64,000 bases of DNA from Tubiluchus corallicola (taxonomy: Eukaryota > Animalia > Priapulida), in NCBI GenBank assembly GCA_030141605.1, contig JAQGDQ010000706.1:1-64000 (forward strand), given 5' to 3'. The notes under the pieces are model-generated. The model had not been told where the DNA came from. It did no database searches and saw only the letters and a list, made by a program, of their open reading frames with translations. The position numbers and the translations under genes are program-made. Position 1 is the first letter of the stretch. Each line of letters opens with the position of its first letter. Shown one piece after another: positions 63,801 through 64,000 of the stretch.

Positions 63801-63938
63801 ACCCCTACATATGGGACAACTCGTCAAGTTTGATCAACACTCCCGTGACGAGCATAGCAATTAGCGAACCAGAGAACCAATCAGTTTCTAATATTGAAGA
63901 GCTAAAAGAGCCATTGGAGTATTTTATGGACATGGAAA
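13789..63938 (+). CDS. Polycystin-1-like / REJ-domain receptor gene (multi-exon, 5' part; signal peptide-EGFx6-WSC-EGFx6-PKD-REJ-pre-GAIN), continues beyond window
   Basis: 29 exons with AG acceptors and GT (one GC) donors whose phases chain, with one phase gap after 55764. PKD motif WDMGD...[11 protein letters not shown]; REJ motifs [57 protein letters not shown]; PKD1L-type VQGEEP, GHFRLP, ENPYIWD. Confidence 0.9.
14381..15187. mobile_element. TIR element (PIF/Harbinger-like) filled with a 41-bp tandem repeat
   Basis: TIR taatggcacgttcag / ctgaacgtgccatta; internal unit gagagaagttgccaagccgttcacacgttgcaacaagttgt. Confidence 0.75.
15927..16034 (+). CDS. Exon 2, EGF ([35 protein letters not shown])
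   Basis: tttcag| ... G|gtaagc, phase 1-1, six-Cys EGF. Confidence 0.92.
   Translation, partial: SPVRATLACMAERVWFRVRPTCVIVYRVLQVLIVK
16843..16956 (+). CDS. Exon 3, EGF ([38 protein letters not shown])
   Basis: ttttag| ... G|gtacga, phase 1-1. Confidence 0.93.
18697..18807 (+). CDS. Exon 4, calcium-binding-type EGF ([15 protein letters not shown]...)
   Basis: acgcag| ... G|gtttat, phase 1-1. Confidence 0.92.
19392..20170. repeat. 31-bp minisatellite (aagaatagttagtaaacttctaagtgttgta), ~25 copies
   Basis: Direct observation, nearly invariant units. Confidence 0.97.
20603..20966. mobile_element. Tc1/mariner-like MITE
   Basis: Imperfect TIR catttgtatctcggtt / aaccgagatatgagtg, TA flanks. Confidence 0.6.
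21573..21704 (+). CDS. Exon 5, atypical EGF-like module with vicinal CC ([40 protein letters not shown])
   Basis: ttctag| ... G|gtatgt, phase 1-1, six Cys. Confidence 0.82.
22433..22564 (+). CDS. Exon 6, EGF with long C3-C4 loop ([13 protein letters not shown]...[16 protein letters not shown])
   Basis: tttcag| ... G|gtaaat. Confidence 0.92.
22618..22692 (+). pseudogene. tRNA-like sequence (tRNA pseudogene or head of another SINE)
   Basis: A box gtggttgagtgg, B box ggttcgagtccc, anticodon-like GTC; poor acceptor and anticodon stems. Confidence 0.55.
22712..23065 (-). mobile_element. Second copy of the same tRNA-derived SINE, with a long (ATT)n tail
   Basis: Near-identical reverse complement of 43436-43697. 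Confidence 0.82.
24258..24371 (+). CDS. Exon 7, calcium-binding EGF ([38 protein letters not shown])
   Basis: ttttag| ... G|gtaatt. Confidence 0.93.
25681..25959 (+). CDS. Exon 8, WSC carbohydrate-binding domain
   Basis: GCYRD...CAGYC...[15 protein letters not shown]...CDYPC...ICGG WSC signature; tcttag| ... G|gtgggt. Confidence 0.93.
26013..26510. mobile_element. MITE family A copy
   Basis: Same TIR and body as 892-1389; flanking 6-bp repeat tagata. Confidence 0.88.
27685..27792 (+). CDS. Exon 9, EGF ([36 protein letters not shown])
   Basis: ttgcag| ... G|gtaaag. Confidence 0.93.
29086..29199 (+). CDS. Exon 10, calcium-binding-type EGF ([38 protein letters not shown])
   Basis: tttcag| ... 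G|gtaccg. Confidence 0.92.
29258..29330 (+). ncRNA. Twister ribozyme (3' cleavage product) at the 5' end of the RTE element
   Basis: Core tgccggtcccaagcccggataaa..ggaggg matches the recalled twister consensus (e.g. rice Osa-1-4 UGCCGGUCCCAAGCCCGGAUAAAAGUGGAGGG). Confidence 0.82.
29258..29716 (+). mobile_element. Internally deleted RTE-clade (Rex3/Expander-like) non-LTR retroelement
   Basis: 19-bp TSD gtggtaatgtattagcaaa (29239-29257, 29717-29735); decayed RT C-terminal peptide [20 protein letters not shown]; GAA-rich tail. Confidence 0.85.
30649..30765 (+). CDS. Exon 11, atypical EGF-like module with vicinal CC ([36 protein letters not shown])
   Basis: tttcag| ... G|gtttgt, phase 1-1, same C3-C6 spacing as exon 5. 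Confidence 0.82.
31136..31815. mobile_element. Kolobok-like element, second copy
   Basis: Homologous along its length to 9211-9894, TTAA on both sides. Confidence 0.75.
32252..32540 (+). repeat. Dispersed repeat, also at ~34585-34965 (there with an internal tandem duplication)
   Basis: Shared agagtgcatgaaa.acagagtg ... ctagtggcgagaagttgtac ... aaccctataacac. Confidence 0.8.
32913..33047 (+). CDS. Exon 12, EGF with long C3-C4 loop ([13 protein letters not shown]...[16 protein letters not shown])
   Basis: ttacag| ... G|gtaaac. Confidence 0.92.
33856..33969 (+). CDS. Exon 13, calcium-binding EGF ([38 protein letters not shown])
   Basis: gtttag| ... G|gtatga. Confidence 0.93.
35262..35366 (+). 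CDS. Exon 14, EGF ([35 protein letters not shown])
   Basis: ttttag| ... G|gtagtc. Confidence 0.92.
35788..36170. repeat. 55-bp tandem repeat, ~7 copies
   Basis: gctgttacctgggttct... recurring at a 55-bp period. Confidence 0.93.
36612..37318 (+). CDS. Exon 15, PKD domain plus start of REJ region
   Basis: attcag| ... CAG|gtaagt; [37 protein letters not shown]. Confidence 0.93.
37496..37815. repeat. 62-bp tandem repeat, ~5 copies
   Basis: acattttgtacatctttaatatttatgtaatc... recurring. Confidence 0.92.
38830..39029 (+). CDS. Exon 16, REJ (LVAVVDGG...[12 protein letters not shown])
   Basis: ttgcag| ... AC|gtatgt, phase 0-2. Confidence 0.9.
40159..41277. repeat. 160-bp tandem repeat, ~7 copies
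   Basis: acagaaatttgtatttcttactaagcac recurs every 160 bp. Confidence 0.96.
41590..41687 (+). CDS. Exon 17, REJ (YTWYCYEG...PGCYG)
   Basis: tttcag| ... A|gtaaga, phase 2-1; joins exon 16 to give GLTYTWYC. Confidence 0.88.
42231..42378 (+). CDS. Exon 18, REJ ([12 protein letters not shown]...SKTGR...PVV)
   Basis: ttttag| ... AC|gtaggt, phase 1-2. Confidence 0.88.
42651..42862 (+). CDS. Exon 19, REJ (CLKNC...LQATCTNC...YFWSV)
   Basis: ctttag| ... G|gtgtgt, phase 2-1. Confidence 0.86.
43436..43697 (+). mobile_element. tRNA-derived SINE (MetaSINE-like), (ATT)n tail interrupted by the Helitron block
   Basis: A/B-box-like head, central gtcataccaaagactttaaaaatggtacctgctg segment recalled as the Meta domain, aataaa + (ATT)n tail. 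Confidence 0.8.
43698..44555 (+). mobile_element. Non-autonomous Helitron copy H1
   Basis: 5' A|TC start, (TA)n, 3' hairpin gcaaaa-tc-ttttgc followed by CTAG; no TSD. Confidence 0.8.
44556..44782 (+). mobile_element. Helitron copy H2 (internally deleted, lacks 3' terminator; runs into cargo)
   Basis: Starts TCGTATATATTAATTCTACTGGTATG directly after the H1 CTAG; homology stops just before the hairpin/CTAG. Confidence 0.75.
45328..45464 (-). CDS. Nested LRR gene, exon 2: LRRCT-like cap ([11 protein letters not shown]...LMCGNPKSV...CKILELC*)
   Basis: Acceptor ttttctag, phase matches exon 1, TAA stop; AATAAA ~250 nt downstream (plus-strand tttatt near 45069). Confidence 0.8.
46582..47239 (-). 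CDS. Nested secreted LRR protein gene, exon 1 (signal peptide, Cys-rich cap, degenerate LRRs)
   Basis: [23 protein letters not shown]...; LRR-like FTTLPANAI and [12 protein letters not shown]; strong donor AG|gtaagt. Confidence 0.82.
47424..48194 (+). mobile_element. Helitron copy H3
   Basis: A|TCGCATATATTAATTC start, ends gggcctttgCTAG|T. Confidence 0.82.
48631..49373 (-). mobile_element. Helitron copy H4
   Basis: Reverse-complement copy with TC 5' end and CTAG 3' end, inserted at an A|T site. Confidence 0.82.
50192..50290 (+). CDS. Exon 20, REJ ([18 protein letters not shown])
   Basis: tttcag| ... G|gtgaat, phase 1-1. Confidence 0.9.
51518..52490. mobile_element. TIR element containing a nested TIR element (51541-52081) and a possible solo LTR (~52084-52380)
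   Basis: Outer TIR gtacttgtcgg.aaatc; inner ~29-bp TIR atatttcccgaagataaatttaattttat; LTR-like part has tataaaa, aataaa and ends ctccgtaca. Confidence 0.6.
52596..52718 (+). CDS. Exon 21, REJ ([28 protein letters not shown])
   Basis: tactag| acceptor; in-frame donor G|gtttgt at 52718 (alternative GT after 52708 is out of phase). Confidence 0.8.
53080..53225 (+). CDS. Exon 22, REJ ([23 protein letters not shown])
   Basis: ttttag| ... ACT|gtaagt, phase 1-0. Confidence 0.88.
53310..54095. mobile_element. hAT-type MITE
   Basis: TIR tagggttaccata / tatggtaacccta; subterminal gtcctctttt repeats; degenerate 8-bp TSD. Confidence 0.78.
54286..54793. mobile_element. MITE family A copy
   Basis: Same TIR and body; flanking 6-bp repeat cattac. 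Confidence 0.88.
55614..55764 (+). CDS. Exon 23 (VFPYGYEL...[11 protein letters not shown])
   Basis: gtgtag| ... G|gtaagc, phase 0-1. Confidence 0.8.
55766..58460. repeat. 100-bp tandem repeat, ~26 copies; distal part indel-ridden
   Basis: agcagcatgc recurs every 100 bp to ~56790, then many small insertions. Confidence 0.95.
59097..59429. mobile_element. pogo/Tigger-like MITE
   Basis: TA|cagtcaaccctcgttaaaccggac ... gtccggtttaacgagggtcaactg|TA. Confidence 0.85.
59610..59735 (+). CDS. Exon 24, helical post-REJ region ([14 protein letters not shown]...[21 protein letters not shown])
   Basis: gtacag| ... AAG|gtaagt, phase 0-0. Confidence 0.8.
60303..60391 (+). CDS. Exon 25 ([29 protein letters not shown])
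   Basis: tttcag| ... CA|gtacgt, phase 0-2. Confidence 0.78.
61411..61858. mobile_element. PIF/Harbinger-like MITE
   Basis: TIR gcccatttcacac / gtgtgaaatgggc with TAA/TTA flanks. Confidence 0.7.
61964..62096 (+). CDS. Exon 26 ([12 protein letters not shown]...QPKRQQ), GC donor
   Basis: aaacag| ... CAG|gcaagt, phase 2-0. Confidence 0.78.
62653..62803 (+). CDS. Exon 27 ([34 protein letters not shown]...)
   Basis: ttttag| ... G|gtaagc, phase 0-1; VxGEEP motif of PKD1L proteins. Confidence 0.88.
63247..63344 (+). CDS. Exon 28 ([11 protein letters not shown]...VFDVQ)
   Basis: tcgtag| ... CAG|gtgaaa, phase 1-0. Confidence 0.85.
63782..63938 (+). CDS. Exon 29 ([15 protein letters not shown]...LKEPLEYFM), region leading into GAIN/GPS
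   Basis: tttcag| ... A|gtaatt, phase 0-1; NPYxW motif. Confidence 0.85.
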
Positions 63939-64000
63939 GTAATTGACAATGGCTGTTTATTGCTGTGATTTTAGTGAAATGTTACTTGTTACTACTGTTG

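Overview
AT-rich metazoan (probably marine invertebrate) genomic DNA with spliceosomal introns; there are no prokaryotic operons or CRISPR arrays. Most of the window (13789 to the end, + strand) is one multi-exon gene for a polycystin-1/REJ-like receptor. It reads signal peptide, 12 EGF modules with one WSC domain in the middle, then PKD, REJ and the region leading into GAIN; 29 exons were read by hand and the gene continues past the window. A second secreted EGF-repeat gene runs divergently on the - strand (11478 to 3777) and into a ~2-kb inverted duplication. The introns are packed with hAT, Kolobok, Harbinger and Tc1-type MITEs, MetaSINEs, Helitrons and minisatellites. Standout observations: (1) a 4.5-kb tandem/chimeric Helitron block inserted into a SINE (ATT)n tail carries a complete two-exon gene for a small secreted LRR protein; (2) an RTE retroelement copy starts at the predicted cleavage site of a twister ribozyme; (3) the receptor has an unusual EGF-WSC-PKD-REJ architecture with a duplicated exon block containing a vicinal-CC EGF variant; (4) the inverted duplication has identical arms except across one MITE. 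All coordinates were read manually and may be off by a few bases.
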